Positions 35,537-44,548 of a DNA stretch of 45,052 bases are shown here, one piece after another; the first letter of the stretch is position 1, and each line of letters opens with the position of its first letter. The notes under the pieces are model-generated. The model saw nothing but the letters and a program-made list of their open reading frames with translations. It made no database searches and had not been told where the DNA came from. Origin of the DNA: Actinomycetota bacterium (GTDB lineage Bacteria; Actinomycetota; UBA4738); assembly GCA_036389535.1 (NCBI GenBank), contig DASVPT010000216.1:1-45052 (forward strand), read 5' to 3'. The position numbers were made by a program, and so were the translations under genes.

Positions 35537-35661
35537 GTTGGCTCGCGGGACCCCGAGATCAGCGTGGTCACGCTACGCCGACCGGTTCGCCCGCGCCATG
35601 ATTTTCCTCACAGCGAAGCGAAGTTCCGGTGTAGAACGTGGGGGCAGCCCGCCCCAAGGAG

Positions 35662-36471
35662 CTAAACGGTTTCGGTTTCGTGCAGCTGCACTCGGAGCTG
35701 TCCGACCGCCTTGGTGTGGATCTGGCAAACCCTGGATTCGGTTACGCCGAGAACCTCTCCAATCTCGGCGAGCGTCATTCCCTCGAAGTAGTACAACGTC
35801 ACGACGATCTTCTCGCGCTCCGAGAGCGCGTTGATCGCCGCGGCGAGCATGACCCGCATCTCCATGCCCTCCAAGCCGGAGGACGGATCTGCGGACCCGA
35901 CGTCCGCGAGGGTGTCCAGGAGGGAGAGGGACTCGCCGCGATCAGGGCCGGTCGAGACGACCTCCTCAAGCGCGCTGACGGTGACGAAGGAGATCTGGGT
36001 GACGATGTCGTGGAGCTCATCGACTCCCACACCAAGATGCCCGGCGACCTCTGCGTCGCTCGGCGCGCGCTTCAACGTGCTCTCGAGCTCGGCGTACGCC
36101 TTCTCCACCTCACGTGCCTTGAACCGCACGGAACGGGGGACCCAGTCGAGCGACCGGAGCTCGTCGATGATTGCGCCGCGAATTCGCGGAATGGCGTACG
36201 TCTCGAACTTGATCTCTCTCGACAGGTCGAACTTCTCGAGGGCGTCGATGAGCCCGAAGATGCCGTAGGAGACGAGGTCGGCCTGTTCGACGTTGGCCGG
36301 AAGCCCGGTGGCCACACGGCTCGCCACGTACTTCACGAGGGGCGAGTAGTGGAGGATCAGCTCCTCGCGAGCCTGCTGCGACGCGGTCGCCTTGAAGTGC
36401 CGCCAGAGCTCATCGAGCTCGGGCGTCGGCGCGTTACGAGTCGCGGTTGCGGTGGCCGCTCGGCGCGGCAT
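35662..36471 (-). CDS. FliA/WhiG (sigma-28) family RNA polymerase sigma factor.
   Basis: 269 aa. Region 2 reads [16 protein letters not shown]...[18 protein letters not shown]. The FliA-type signature [23 protein letters not shown] is present. The region 4.2 helix-turn-helix is [24 protein letters not shown]. The ATG overlaps the xerC stop by 1 nt (TGATG). Confidence 0.88.
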   Translation of the reverse strand: MPRRAATATATRNAPTPELDELWRHFKATASQQAREELILHYSPLVKYVASRVATGLPANVEQADLVSYGIFGLIDALEKFDLSREIKFETYAIPRIRGAIIDELRSLDWVPRSVRFKAREVEKAYAELESTLKRAPSDAEVAGHLGVGVDELHDIVTQISFVTVSALEEVVSTGPDRGESLSLLDTLADVGSADPSSGLEGMEMRVMLAAAINALSEREKIVVTLYYFEGMTLAEIGEVLGVTESRVCQIHTKAVGQLRVQLHETETV

Positions 36472-37346
36472 CAGGCTCTCGGATGGCTTCGGCGGTACGC
36501 ATCGAAGAGCCGGCCCTTCGAGACATGTGTGTACCGCTGGGTGGTGGCGAGGGTGGCGTGTCCCAGTAATTCCTGCACAGAACGAATATCGGCGCCTCCC
36601 TCGAGGAGATGAGTGGCAAATGAGTGCCGGAGGGTGTGCGGGCTGACCTTGCGGCCCGAAAGGACCCGGCGGACGTAGCCGTCGAGCATGGCCCGAACGT
36701 CCCGGGGGGTCATTCGCTTGCCCCGCCGGTTGAGGAACAACGCCTCGACCTCGACGCTTGCACTCGCACGCCTTCTCTTTTCATCTGCTTCCTCTTTCCC
36801 CTGCAGGAACCAGTTCCTCGAGGTCTGCAAGTATTTGGTAACCGCAAGGACCGCAAAATCCCCCATTGGGACGACACGCTCCTTGGACCCTTTACCTACA
36901 ACGCGTACTCGATGTCCTTCGACATCGATGTCCCCGAGGTTGAGCTGACAGAGCTCCGCGACCCGCAAACCGGAGCCATACAGGAGCTCGAGGATGGCCC
37001 CGTCTCGAACGCCAACCGGTTCCTCATCCCCGGGGGCGGTGGTGAGCTCTTCGGCTTCGGACGGCTTCAACACGGTCGGAAGTCGGGTGGTCGAAGCGGG
37101 ACTGCCGAGAAGAGATGCCGGGTTCGACGGCACGACCGATCGACGGTGCGCCCACGCATAAAAGGTCTTGGTGGCAGCGGCCTTGCGGGCGATGCTGGAA
37201 CGGGCGTAACCCCGCGTCATGAGCTGTGCCAGCCAACGGCGCAACTGCGGCAGCTGGGCATGAACGAGGTCGCTTCGGCCTCGAGCCAAGAACTCGGATA
37301 ACGAAAGAAGGTCGCGCCGATACGCGCGGACGGTGTGCTCTGACAA
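36471..37346 (-). CDS. xerC: Tyrosine recombinase XerC. The listed TTG start is probably too short; see findings.
   Basis: The catalytic residues lie in ...[11 protein letters not shown]..., [39 protein letters not shown]. Its position after dprA is conserved. Homology to the XerC N-terminal helix continues upstream of the first ATG/GTG/TTG in frame. Confidence 0.88.
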   Translation of the reverse strand: MSEHTVRAYRRDLLSLSEFLARGRSDLVHAQLPQLRRWLAQLMTRGYARSSIARKAAATKTFYAWAHRRSVVPSNPASLLGSPASTTRLPTVLKPSEAEELTTAPGDEEPVGVRDGAILELLYGSGLRVAELCQLNLGDIDVEGHRVRVVGKGSKERVVPMGDFAVLAVTKYLQTSRNWFLQGKEEADEKRRRASASVEVEALFLNRRGKRMTPRDVRAMLDGYVRRVLSGRKVSPHTLRHSFATHLLEGGADIRSVQELLGHATLATTQRYTHVSKGRLFDAYRRSHPRA

Positions 37347-37478
37347 CCCGCGCTCAAGCGAGAGGTGATCCGCGAACGCGTTCAGGATCGAAAGGTCCGC
37401 GGACGTCGCGAACTCTGTGGGTGGCTCCTCGCCGTGCTTACGAACGATGCTCGACTTGTAGCACAGCGGTCACGTCAT

Positions 37479-38678
37479 TCAAGGACGCATCCGCTGCCGT
37501 CGCTCGTACCTCCCTCCGGTCTGCCGCACGAGGCTCTTCAGCTCGAGCGCCGTGAGCGCCGAGATCACGGCCGGAACCGGAAGCGAGGTCTCCGCCGCCA
37601 ATACGTCTGGCGCCAGGCTGGTCGTCAACGCGTCCCACACGCGATGCTCCGCATCCGACACGCCGGCCAGCGCCAGCGGTGCCTCGTCGGCGTCGGCGTG
37701 CCCCGCCGAAGACGCGATCCCAAGATCCTCGAGGAGGTCCTCGGGACCTCGGATGAGCGTGGCGCCTTCTCGGATCAGCCCCAGCGGAACCGCGGACACG
37801 GCCGAGGCCGGTGAGCCCGGGACGGCGAACACCTCACGGCCGAGGTCGACGGCATGGTCGGTGGTGATGGTGGATCCGCTTCCGGCGGCGCCTTCAACGA
37901 CGACGACGGCCCTGGCAAGAGCTGCCACCAACCGGTTCCGAGCCGGGAACCGAAACGGCTCGGCGGGCGTGCCCGGGGTGTACTCCGTCACTACCGAGCC
38001 ATGCTTCGCGATCTCAGCCAAAAGCCTTTGGTGCTCTTCGGGGTACGGGACGTCCAGCCCCGAGCCCAAGACGCAGACCGTCGGACCTCCGGCCGAGAGC
38101 GCGCCGCGATGCGCCGCGGCATCGATGCCCTTCGCGCCGCCGCTCACCACGCAGACCCCCGTCTCGGCGAGCGTCCGCCCGATCATCGTCGCCATTTCCC
38201 TTCCGCCCGGAGAACACCGCCGAGCCCCAACGATCGCCACGGTCGTGTGCGGCTCGTCCATGCGGCGACCGAGGACGAACAGGCCCGCGGGTGGGTCGAA
38301 CAGATCCAGGAGCTGTGGTGGGTATTCCGCGTCATGCACCGCGATGAATCGCCCCCCGATCATTTCGAGGTGTCGCGCGATGTCGTCGGACCTGAGCGAT
38401 CGCGCCTTCTCCACGTCGTTGACGCTCGCGCCTTCCCCATTCCGGATGGCCTCGAGGCAGTCGCTCGCCGAGCCGACGCGACTCGCCAGATCGAGCAGTC
38501 GACGAGCCGTCACCGACGCCAGACCCAACAGGACGACCAGCGCCTCTCGATCGCGCGGGCTCCTCGCGAAGGACGATGGCCATGTCTTCGGGGTGTGCTC
38601 GGCGGTATCGGCACCGCTTCCATGACGCCGGCGTCTCGGTCCGTCCTTGCGAATGTCGGATGGGCGCCGCAGCGCCAT
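37479..38678 (-). CDS. dprA: DNA-processing protein DprA (Smf).
   Basis: It has a DprA Rossmann-like core (AIVGARRCSPGG..., VVSGGAKGIDAAAHRGAL, FPARNRLVAALA) and a C-terminal winged-helix-like region. Confidence 0.9.
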   Translation of the reverse strand: MALRRPSDIRKDGPRRRRHGSGADTAEHTPKTWPSSFARSPRDREALVVLLGLASVTARRLLDLASRVGSASDCLEAIRNGEGASVNDVEKARSLRSDDIARHLEMIGGRFIAVHDAEYPPQLLDLFDPPAGLFVLGRRMDEPHTTVAIVGARRCSPGGREMATMIGRTLAETGVCVVSGGAKGIDAAAHRGALSAGGPTVCVLGSGLDVPYPEEHQRLLAEIAKHGSVVTEYTPGTPAEPFRFPARNRLVAALARAVVVVEGAAGSGSTITTDHAVDLGREVFAVPGSPASAVSAVPLGLIREGATLIRGPEDLLEDLGIASSAGHADADEAPLALAGVSDAEHRVWDALTTSLAPDVLAAETSLPVPAVISALTALELKSLVRQTGGRYERRQRMRP

Positions 38679-38692
38679 CGGGTGGCCGCCGG

Positions 38693-40228
38693 CTACCCCA
38701 CCTGCATCGCCTCCTCCGGCACCGTAAGCGTTCGGTAGCTCAGCGCCTCCGCCAGGTGCTCCTCTTCGACCCGTCGTGCGCCCACCAGGTCGGCGACGGT
38801 TCGCGCCACCTTCAGCGCTCGGTCGAAGCCTCGTCCCGAAAGGGCAAGGCGATCGACGGCCGACGCGAGCACGGATCTAGCTTCGGGGGTCAATTCGGCC
38901 TCCCGCCGCGCAAGGACGCCCGGCATCTCGGCGTTGCATGTCCAGGGCGTTTCGGACAGACGCCGTCGCTGTCGCTCCCGGGCGGCCTGGACTCGCTCTC
39001 TGATCGACCGAGACGCCTCCCCGGCTTGTGAGCCGAGCAGCTCGGAGCGGGAAAGGCGCGGGATCGTGAGCTGAATGTCCATCCGGTCGAGAAGCGGACC
39101 CGACAACCGCTGTCGATACGCGGCGAGTCGATGCGGCAGACATCGGCAGGTCCGCCGGGGGTCGCCGTCGAATCCGCACGGACATGGGTTCGACGCCGCG
39201 ACCAGGCTGAATCTCGCCGGAAATTCGACGGCCCCGGACGCTCTGGCCACGACCACCTTCCCGTCCTCGAGAGGCTGCCTCAACCCCTCCAGGGCGTCGC
39301 GCCGGAACTCCGTCACCTCGTCCAGGAAAAGCACGCCGTTGTGAGCGAGCGAGACCTCTCCCGGCCGCAGGAATCCGGAGCCGCCCCCGAGCAACGCCGC
39401 CAACGAAATGGAATGGTGGGGCGAGCGAAACGGTCGCACCTCGATCAATCCGCCCGACAACAGGCCCGCCACCGAATGCAGCCGAGTGACGTCCAGCGCT
39501 TCGTTTCGCGTCATCTCCGGGAGGATCGTCGGCAACCGACGCGCCAGCATCGTTTTGCCGGCTCCGGGCGGACCCATCATGAGCGTGTTGTGGCCGCCGG
39601 CCGCGGCGATCTCGAGCGCGCGTCTGGCCACTCCCTGACCTCTGACCTCGGCGAAGTCCACGGAAGGCGGCGAGGGGCGGGCGGTCTCGCCCGGCGACAT
39701 GCCGGGATCGGGCGTCCACTGACCCCGGAGGAACCCGACGGCGTCGGCAAGCGTCCGCGCGCCGACCACGTCGAGCCCTTCGACCAGCCGAGCCTCGGCC
39801 ACGTTCGCCTCCGGAATCACCACGCCCTTCAGACCGGCGCGGGCCGCCGCGATGGCCACCGAAAGGATCCCCGGGGTCGGAACGAGCTCGCCTTTCAGGG
39901 AAAGCTCTCCGGAAAACGCGTACGAGGACAGCGCCTGACGAGGAACCTGCGCCGATGCCGACAGCACTCCGAGCGCGATGGGCAGATCGAAGCCGGGCCC
40001 TTCCTTCCGCAGACCCGCGGGCGAGAGGTTGACGACGACTCGCCGGAGCGGCCACTCGAGGCCGGAACTCTCCACAGATGGCCGAACGCGATCCTTCGCG
40101 TCCTGGATGCCGGCGCCCGGAAGTCCGGTGATGGTCAGCGCAGGAAGTCCCCGCCCCACGTGCGCTTCGACCGTGATGAGATGGCCATGCACGCCGACGA
40201 CGGCAACCGCGAACACCCTCCCATACAT
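38693..40228 (-). CDS. comM: YifB/ComM family Mg-chelatase-like AAA+ ATPase.
   Basis: It has an N-terminal Lon-protease-like domain (VAVVGVHGHLITVEAHV), a Walker A (MMGPPGAGKTMLA), a Walker B (VLFLDE) and a C-terminal ChlI-like region. I place the start at the ATG at 40228; the track ORF begins 15 codons earlier. Confidence 0.9.
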   Translation of the reverse strand: MYGRVFAVAVVGVHGHLITVEAHVGRGLPALTITGLPGAGIQDAKDRVRPSVESSGLEWPLRRVVVNLSPAGLRKEGPGFDLPIALGVLSASAQVPRQALSSYAFSGELSLKGELVPTPGILSVAIAAARAGLKGVVIPEANVAEARLVEGLDVVGARTLADAVGFLRGQWTPDPGMSPGETARPSPPSVDFAEVRGQGVARRALEIAAAGGHNTLMMGPPGAGKTMLARRLPTILPEMTRNEALDVTRLHSVAGLLSGGLIEVRPFRSPHHSISLAALLGGGSGFLRPGEVSLAHNGVLFLDEVTEFRRDALEGLRQPLEDGKVVVARASGAVEFPARFSLVAASNPCPCGFDGDPRRTCRCLPHRLAAYRQRLSGPLLDRMDIQLTIPRLSRSELLGSQAGEASRSIRERVQAARERQRRRLSETPWTCNAEMPGVLARREAELTPEARSVLASAVDRLALSGRGFDRALKVARTVADLVGARRVEEEHLAEALSYRTLTVPEEAMQVG

Positions 40229-40297
40229 CGAACGCTCACCGTACGAGCGACCACCGACACGAACGTTTCGCAACCGCTGCGACCTGCGGCGTTGATT

Positions 40298-40660
40298 TCA
40301 GAACGCGTTCTCGTACACGTGTAGCGAGGGCATGCCGAATGCAGGGACTGTCACGCTGGCCACGTCGAAGCGAATGTCCGCGGGCCGGGCTCCAGATGCG
40401 ACAAGGAACGCCTCGGCCAGCCGCCGAAGTGTTCGTTGCTTCTTCCATGTGACTGCCTCGTATGGGCCGCCGAGTGACGAACCGCGCCGCGTCTTCACCT
40501 CGCAGAACACGAGGGTCTCGCCCTTCGTCAAAATCAGATCGATCTCACCCAACCGGCAGCTCCAATTCCGCTCGAGGACCCGGTACCCTCGCTGTCGGTA
40601 GTGCTCGGCGGCCTCATCCTCACCACGCGCGCCGAGGCCCGTCCTTTCCGGCTGCTCCAC
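40298..40660 (-). CDS. yraN: YraN family (UPF0102) predicted endonuclease.
   Basis: 120 aa with GE..A..YL...G......N.R...GEIDLI and the VFCEVKTR motif. Confidence 0.85.
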   Translation of the reverse strand: MEQPERTGLGARGEDEAAEHYRQRGYRVLERNWSCRLGEIDLILTKGETLVFCEVKTRRGSSLGGPYEAVTWKKQRTLRRLAEAFLVASGARPADIRFDVASVTVPAFGMPSLHVYENAF

Positions 40661-40694
40661 GCCCGCAGCATGCGGCCCGGCGCCGACACGACGG

Positions 40695-41045
40695 TCAGCT
40701 CGTGCGCGGGTCGGGGCCTTCGGGTGTGTCGGTGACGCCGAGAGAGTCGGCCACGATCTCCTTGTGAGTGAGCTCCTCGATGTTCACGTCGTTTGTCGTG
40801 ACGATGCGCACGCGGCTGACAAAGCGCGTCGGGCGATAGATGTCCCACACCCACGCATCGGTGAGCTCCAGCTCGAACCACGGCCCGCCGGGCGAATCGT
40901 GCTTCGTCAGCTCGACCTGATTGGCGAGGTAGAACCGCTGCTCGGTCTCCACCACATGACGAAACATCTGCACCACGTCTCGGTACTCACGCCACAGCCG
41001 GAGCTCGAGCTCGTCCTCGTAGCGCTCGATGTCGTCGTCGCTCAC
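40695..41045 (-). CDS. DUF2469 domain protein.
   Basis: 116 aa. MSDDDIERYEDELELRLWREYRDVVQMFRHVVETEQRFYLAN... is the actinobacterial conserved protein found between rnhB and yraN. This assignment is from memory of that synteny. Confidence 0.75.
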   Translation of the reverse strand: MSDDDIERYEDELELRLWREYRDVVQMFRHVVETEQRFYLANQVELTKHDSPGGPWFELELTDAWVWDIYRPTRFVSRVRIVTTNDVNIEELTHKEIVADSLGVTDTPEGPDPRTS

Positions 41046-41728
41046 GCGGGATCCACCTCGTCGCGTCCGTACAGCCGCTGATACGTGTCGGGATCGTTCA
41101 TGTAGAGATCCATCCCCTTGAACGACATGCGGTGGATCGGCGAAGGACCGAACCGTGCGATCGCCGCGCGGTGAGACATGGTGCCGTATCCCCGATGCCG
41201 GTCGAAGCCGTATTGCGGAAACCGGCGGTGGTACCGGTCCATGATTCGATCGCGGGTCACCTTGGCAACGATGGACGCCGCCGCAACGGTCGCCGTGACC
41301 TCGTCACCTTTCTTGATCGACAGATGCGGCGTTCGAATACCGGAGAGATGAAAACCGTCCGAGAGCACGAAGTCCGGCTGGAGGGGCAGCGTCCGGAGCG
41401 CTCGGCGCAACAGGAACAGGTTCGAGACGTGCAGGCCACGATGGTCGATTCGGCTCGGGAAGGCCCGGCACACCGCCACGGCCAGCGCCTCGGCCTGGAT
41501 TCGGGCGAACCATGCGTCTCGCTGAAGCGCCGTGAGCGCCTTCGAGTCGGCCAGACCGTCCACGGCAAATCGCTCGGGCAGGATCACCGCCGCGGCGACG
41601 AGCGGACCGGCCAGTGCGCCCCTCCCCGCCTCGTCGGCTCCGGCGATGAGGCGGAACCCCTCGTCTCGAAGCCGGCGCTCGTAGTGATCGATGGGCCTTC
41701 CCTGCGCCTCGCTGGCCACGTTCGCCAT
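41042..41728 (-). CDS. rnhB: Ribonuclease HII.
   Basis: It has GADEAGRGALAGPLVAAAV (the DEAGRG active-site motif) and SDGF...SIKKGD...VAAASI.AKV.RD. Confidence 0.94.
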   Translation of the reverse strand: MANVASEAQGRPIDHYERRLRDEGFRLIAGADEAGRGALAGPLVAAAVILPERFAVDGLADSKALTALQRDAWFARIQAEALAVAVCRAFPSRIDHRGLHVSNLFLLRRALRTLPLQPDFVLSDGFHLSGIRTPHLSIKKGDEVTATVAAASIVAKVTRDRIMDRYHRRFPQYGFDRHRGYGTMSHRAAIARFGPSPIHRMSFKGMDLYMNDPDTYQRLYGRDEVDPA

Positions 41729-41744
41729 TTTCCGAATCGACGAC

Positions 41745-42575
41745 TCAGCCGGGTCGCCGAATCAAGCTCACGTCGGACGGCGGCCAGATGATCACGAAGG
41801 CTCGCCCGACCACCTTGTCGTACGGGATGAACCCCAGACCGAATCGTGAGTCGTTCGAATTCGTTCGGTTGTCCCCCATCACGAAGAGATTCTTGGGCGG
41901 CACCTTCGTCGGCGGGTAGTCGCGGCGATCCGCGGCCCGGGATAAGTAGGGCTCGGTCAGGCGGTGGCCGTCGACGAAGACGGCACCCTGTTTGATCTCG
42001 AGCGTCTGGCCGGGAACCGCGATCACGCGCTTGATGAAATCACGCTCGGGGCTCGCCGAGACGCCCAGTCCCTGCGTGAGCCAGTGCAACAACGCCTGCA
42101 GCGGGTTGCGGTGTGGTTGAGGGCCTGGATGCGGCTCCTCGAACACGATGATGTCGCCGGTCCGGGGCGTGTGGAGGTGATAGACGACCTTGTTCACCAG
42201 GACTCGGTCTCCCACGTCCAGCGTCGGCTCCATCGACTCCGACGGGATATAGAACGCCTGGACGAGAAACGTCTTGATGAGCAGGGCCAGGCCGAACGCG
42301 ATGAGGAGCAGGATCGGCAGTTCCTTGAGGAACGCCAGACCCGTCTTCTTTCCGTTTTTCGAACCGGCCCTGTCTTCTTCTTCCTCATCGGGCGCAGCGG
42401 GCGGCGGCTCGGTCTCGACCACGGGATCCAGTGATTCCGTGTTCGTGGCCGCGTCTGCGGCAGAGACCGGATTGGTAATGGGAGGAGGCTCGGTGGTTGG
42501 AACCGATTCGGCGGCCGATTCGGCGGCCGGTTCGGGTTCTTCTAGTCCGGACTGGTGCGAAGAATCGTCCGGCAT
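41745..42575 (-). CDS. lepB: Signal peptidase I with a roughly 78-aa acidic/Pro-rich N-terminal extension.
   Basis: It has box B IPSESMEPTL (catalytic Ser), box D/E GDNRTNSNDSR, and one TM segment preceding the catalytic domain. Confidence 0.92.
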   Translation of the reverse strand: MPDDSSHQSGLEEPEPAAESAAESVPTTEPPPITNPVSAADAATNTESLDPVVETEPPPAAPDEEEEDRAGSKNGKKTGLAFLKELPILLLIAFGLALLIKTFLVQAFYIPSESMEPTLDVGDRVLVNKVVYHLHTPRTGDIIVFEEPHPGPQPHRNPLQALLHWLTQGLGVSASPERDFIKRVIAVPGQTLEIKQGAVFVDGHRLTEPYLSRAADRRDYPPTKVPPKNLFVMGDNRTNSNDSRFGLGFIPYDKVVGRAFVIIWPPSDVSLIRRPG

Positions 42576-42577
42576 GG

Positions 42578-42979
42578 TTAGGCCTGCTCCGCTTCCTCTC
42601 CGGGGACCGGTGCCGCCGCCGCAGACGGCGCAACGGGTTCCCTTCGTTCGCGGATCCGTGCCTTCTTACCTCGGAGCTCTCGCAGGTAGTAGAGCTTCGC
42701 CCGTCGAACCCTGCCCTTGGTGACGACCTCGATCTTTCCGATGGTTGGCGAATGAAGCGGGAAGGTCCGCTCCACGCCGACCCCGAAGGACATCTTTCGA
42801 ACGGTGAAGGTCTCTCGCAGCCCGCCGCCCTGCCGGCGGATCACCACGCCCTGGAAGACCTGAATGCGCTCTCTCCCGGCCTCGGCGACTCGAACGTGCA
42901 CGCGGACCGTGTCACCGGGTCGAAACTCCGGGAGGTCGTCGCGCAGGCGCGTGCTTTCGACAAGGTCCGTTTTGTTCAT
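42578..42979 (-). CDS. rplS: 50S ribosomal protein L19.
   Basis: From the ATG at 42979 it reads [47 protein letters not shown].... The longer listed ORF overlaps trmD. Confidence 0.96.
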   Translation of the reverse strand: MNKTDLVESTRLRDDLPEFRPGDTVRVHVRVAEAGRERIQVFQGVVIRRQGGGLRETFTVRKMSFGVGVERTFPLHSPTIGKIEVVTKGRVRRAKLYYLRELRGKKARIRERREPVAPSAAAAPVPGEEAEQA

Positions 42980-43029
42980 GCGTCGACACTTTCCGGGAGA
43001 CGGGGTCGGCGCCATGATAGCACCGGCGT

Positions 43030-43737
43030 TCATTCGCCCGGCTTCGGTTCCTCGAAGCGTTCGAGCAGGTCGGGCCGGTTCTTTCGCGTCTTCTCTTCCG
43101 CGGCTTGGCGGCGCCACTCGGCGATCCTTTGATGATCTCCGGAGAGGAGAACATCGGGAACCTCCATGCCACGAAAGACCCGGGGCCGCGTGTAATGGGG
43201 ATGATCCAGAAGACCGCTCTGGAACGACTCGGGTTCGAGCGATTCCTCGTTTCCGACCACACCGGGAATCAACCGGCTGACCGCCTCGAGGACAACCAAT
43301 GCGGCGACCTCGCCGCCGGCCAGGACGAAGTCCCCGACCGATATCTCCTCGGCGGGGAGTCCCGTGACCACTCGCTCATCGACTCCTTCGTAACGGCCAC
43401 AGATGAGGACGAGCCAGGGTTCCGCGGCCAGCTCAGCGACCAACCGCTGGTCGAGGTGCTTGCCCGCGGCGGAAAGGAGGACCACGCGCTTCGCCCCGTC
43501 GCCCAGCGCCTCGACGGCGCTGAAGATCGGTTCGGGCTTCATGACCATGCCGGGGCCGCCGCCGAACGAGTAATCGTCCACCTGGCGGTGCCGGTCACTC
43601 GAGTGATCGCGAATATCGTGAACTCGAACGTCGATGAGCCCCGTCTCGATGGCCCGGCCCAGGAGGCTCTCGCGCAACGGCCCGTCGAACATCCCCGGGA
43701 AGAGGCTGAGGATGTCGACCTTCATCACCGGCACCAT
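43030..43737 (-). CDS. trmD: tRNA (guanine37-N1)-methyltransferase.
   Basis: It has [16 protein letters not shown], the [13 protein letters not shown] motif, and [10 protein letters not shown]. Confidence 0.96.
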   Translation of the reverse strand: MVPVMKVDILSLFPGMFDGPLRESLLGRAIETGLIDVRVHDIRDHSSDRHRQVDDYSFGGGPGMVMKPEPIFSAVEALGDGAKRVVLLSAAGKHLDQRLVAELAAEPWLVLICGRYEGVDERVVTGLPAEEISVGDFVLAGGEVAALVVLEAVSRLIPGVVGNEESLEPESFQSGLLDHPHYTRPRVFRGMEVPDVLLSGDHQRIAEWRRQAAEEKTRKNRPDLLERFEEPKPGE

Positions 43738-43770
43738 GCATCACCGGTTCTGGGCAACGCCATCAATTGG

Positions 43771-44289
43771 TCAGGGAGCGGTCAGGCCGCTCACTTCTCG
43801 GACCACGACCCGGCGTGCCGCGAGGTCCACGCTTTCCACCACGTCCTTGAGCGCGGGGATGAGCGTTTCGCCGTCCGCCCCATCCGTGACCCACACGTCG
43901 TTGGCCTGCGTCTGAATGATCTCGCGGATCCGTCCGAGCGAACGACCTTCGTCGGTGAAGACCTCGCAGCCCACCACCTCGTGGGTCCAGTACTCGCCAT
44001 CATCGAGGCTCGGCATCGAGGAGGCCGGGACGAAGAGCAGCGCTCCCCTGAGCGCTTCCGCCGCATCGCGGTGGGGAACTTCCTTGAATCGAACGAGCAC
44101 TCGGCCACCGTGCGGTCTGGAGTGGGCAACGGTCAGCGGACGATCAGCGTCCTCGCCGGCGAACACCCGCGAACCCGGCTCGAATCGGGTTGGGATCTGC
44201 GAGAGCGATTGGACGGCGACTTCGCCTCTCACGCCGTGCGCGCGGCTGACGCGCCCCACGACGATCCACTGCGGGGCTTCGGTGCTCAA
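43771..44289 (-). CDS. rimM: 16S rRNA processing protein RimM.
   Basis: It has VVGRVSRAHGVRGEVAV and a PRC barrel C-terminus. The TTG start overlaps the upstream stop (TTGA), so the start is uncertain. Confidence 0.9.
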   Translation of the reverse strand: MSTEAPQWIVVGRVSRAHGVRGEVAVQSLSQIPTRFEPGSRVFAGEDADRPLTVAHSRPHGGRVLVRFKEVPHRDAAEALRGALLFVPASSMPSLDDGEYWTHEVVGCEVFTDEGRSLGRIREIIQTQANDVWVTDGADGETLIPALKDVVESVDLAARRVVVREVSGLTAP

Positions 44290-44528
44290 CCCTCGATCTC
44301 GACCGAGGCGGTGACTCCGGACTTCGCTCCGGCGGCCCGAACCATGTCGCGTATGGCGCGGGCGGTCCTACCCCGCCTTCCGATCACCTTTCCCACGTCG
44401 TCCGAGGCGACGGAGAGCTTGAGCGTGACGCTGTCACCGTCTTGTGATTCGGCGATCTCGACGGCGTCCGGGTCGTCGACGATGCTCTTGGCGATGTATT
44501 CCAGAACCTCTTTGACGGCGGATGGCAT
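44286..44528 (-). CDS. KH-domain RNA-binding protein (YlqC/UPF0109 family).
   Basis: From the ATG at 44528 it reads MPSAVKEVLEYIAKSIVDDPDAVEI...DDVGKVIGRRGRTARAIR, containing the GxxG KH motif. The longer listed ORF overlaps rpsP. Confidence 0.88.
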   Translation of the reverse strand: MPSAVKEVLEYIAKSIVDDPDAVEIAESQDGDSVTLKLSVASDDVGKVIGRRGRTARAIRDMVRAAGAKSGVTASVEIEG

Positions 44529-44548
44529 GGGGGTCGCGAGCGACGTTC

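Noticed and set aside
34930-35661. Search for sigma-28/WhiG-type promoters (TAAA-N15-GCCGATAA) upstream of the M23 and propeller genes.
   Set aside because: No acceptable match was found by eye. The nearest CGATAA-containing sequence in the window is the rnj -10 region (CTCGATAAT, 1450-1458), which lacks a TAAA -35 element. A link between the sigma factor and its neighbours therefore remains purely positional.
36471-37346. Tyrosine recombinase considered as a marker of an integrated mobile element or prophage.
   Set aside because: It sits in the conserved dprA-xerC chromosomal context and carries XerC-type motifs. There are no flanking phage, transposase or tRNA genes, and I could see no direct repeats.
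37479-40660. yraN-comM-dprA considered as a competence or defence island.
   Set aside because: This rnhB-DUF2469-yraN-comM-dprA-xerC order is a standard conserved core arrangement in actinobacterial chromosomes, as I recall for Mycobacterium. Nothing here is atypical in spacing or composition.
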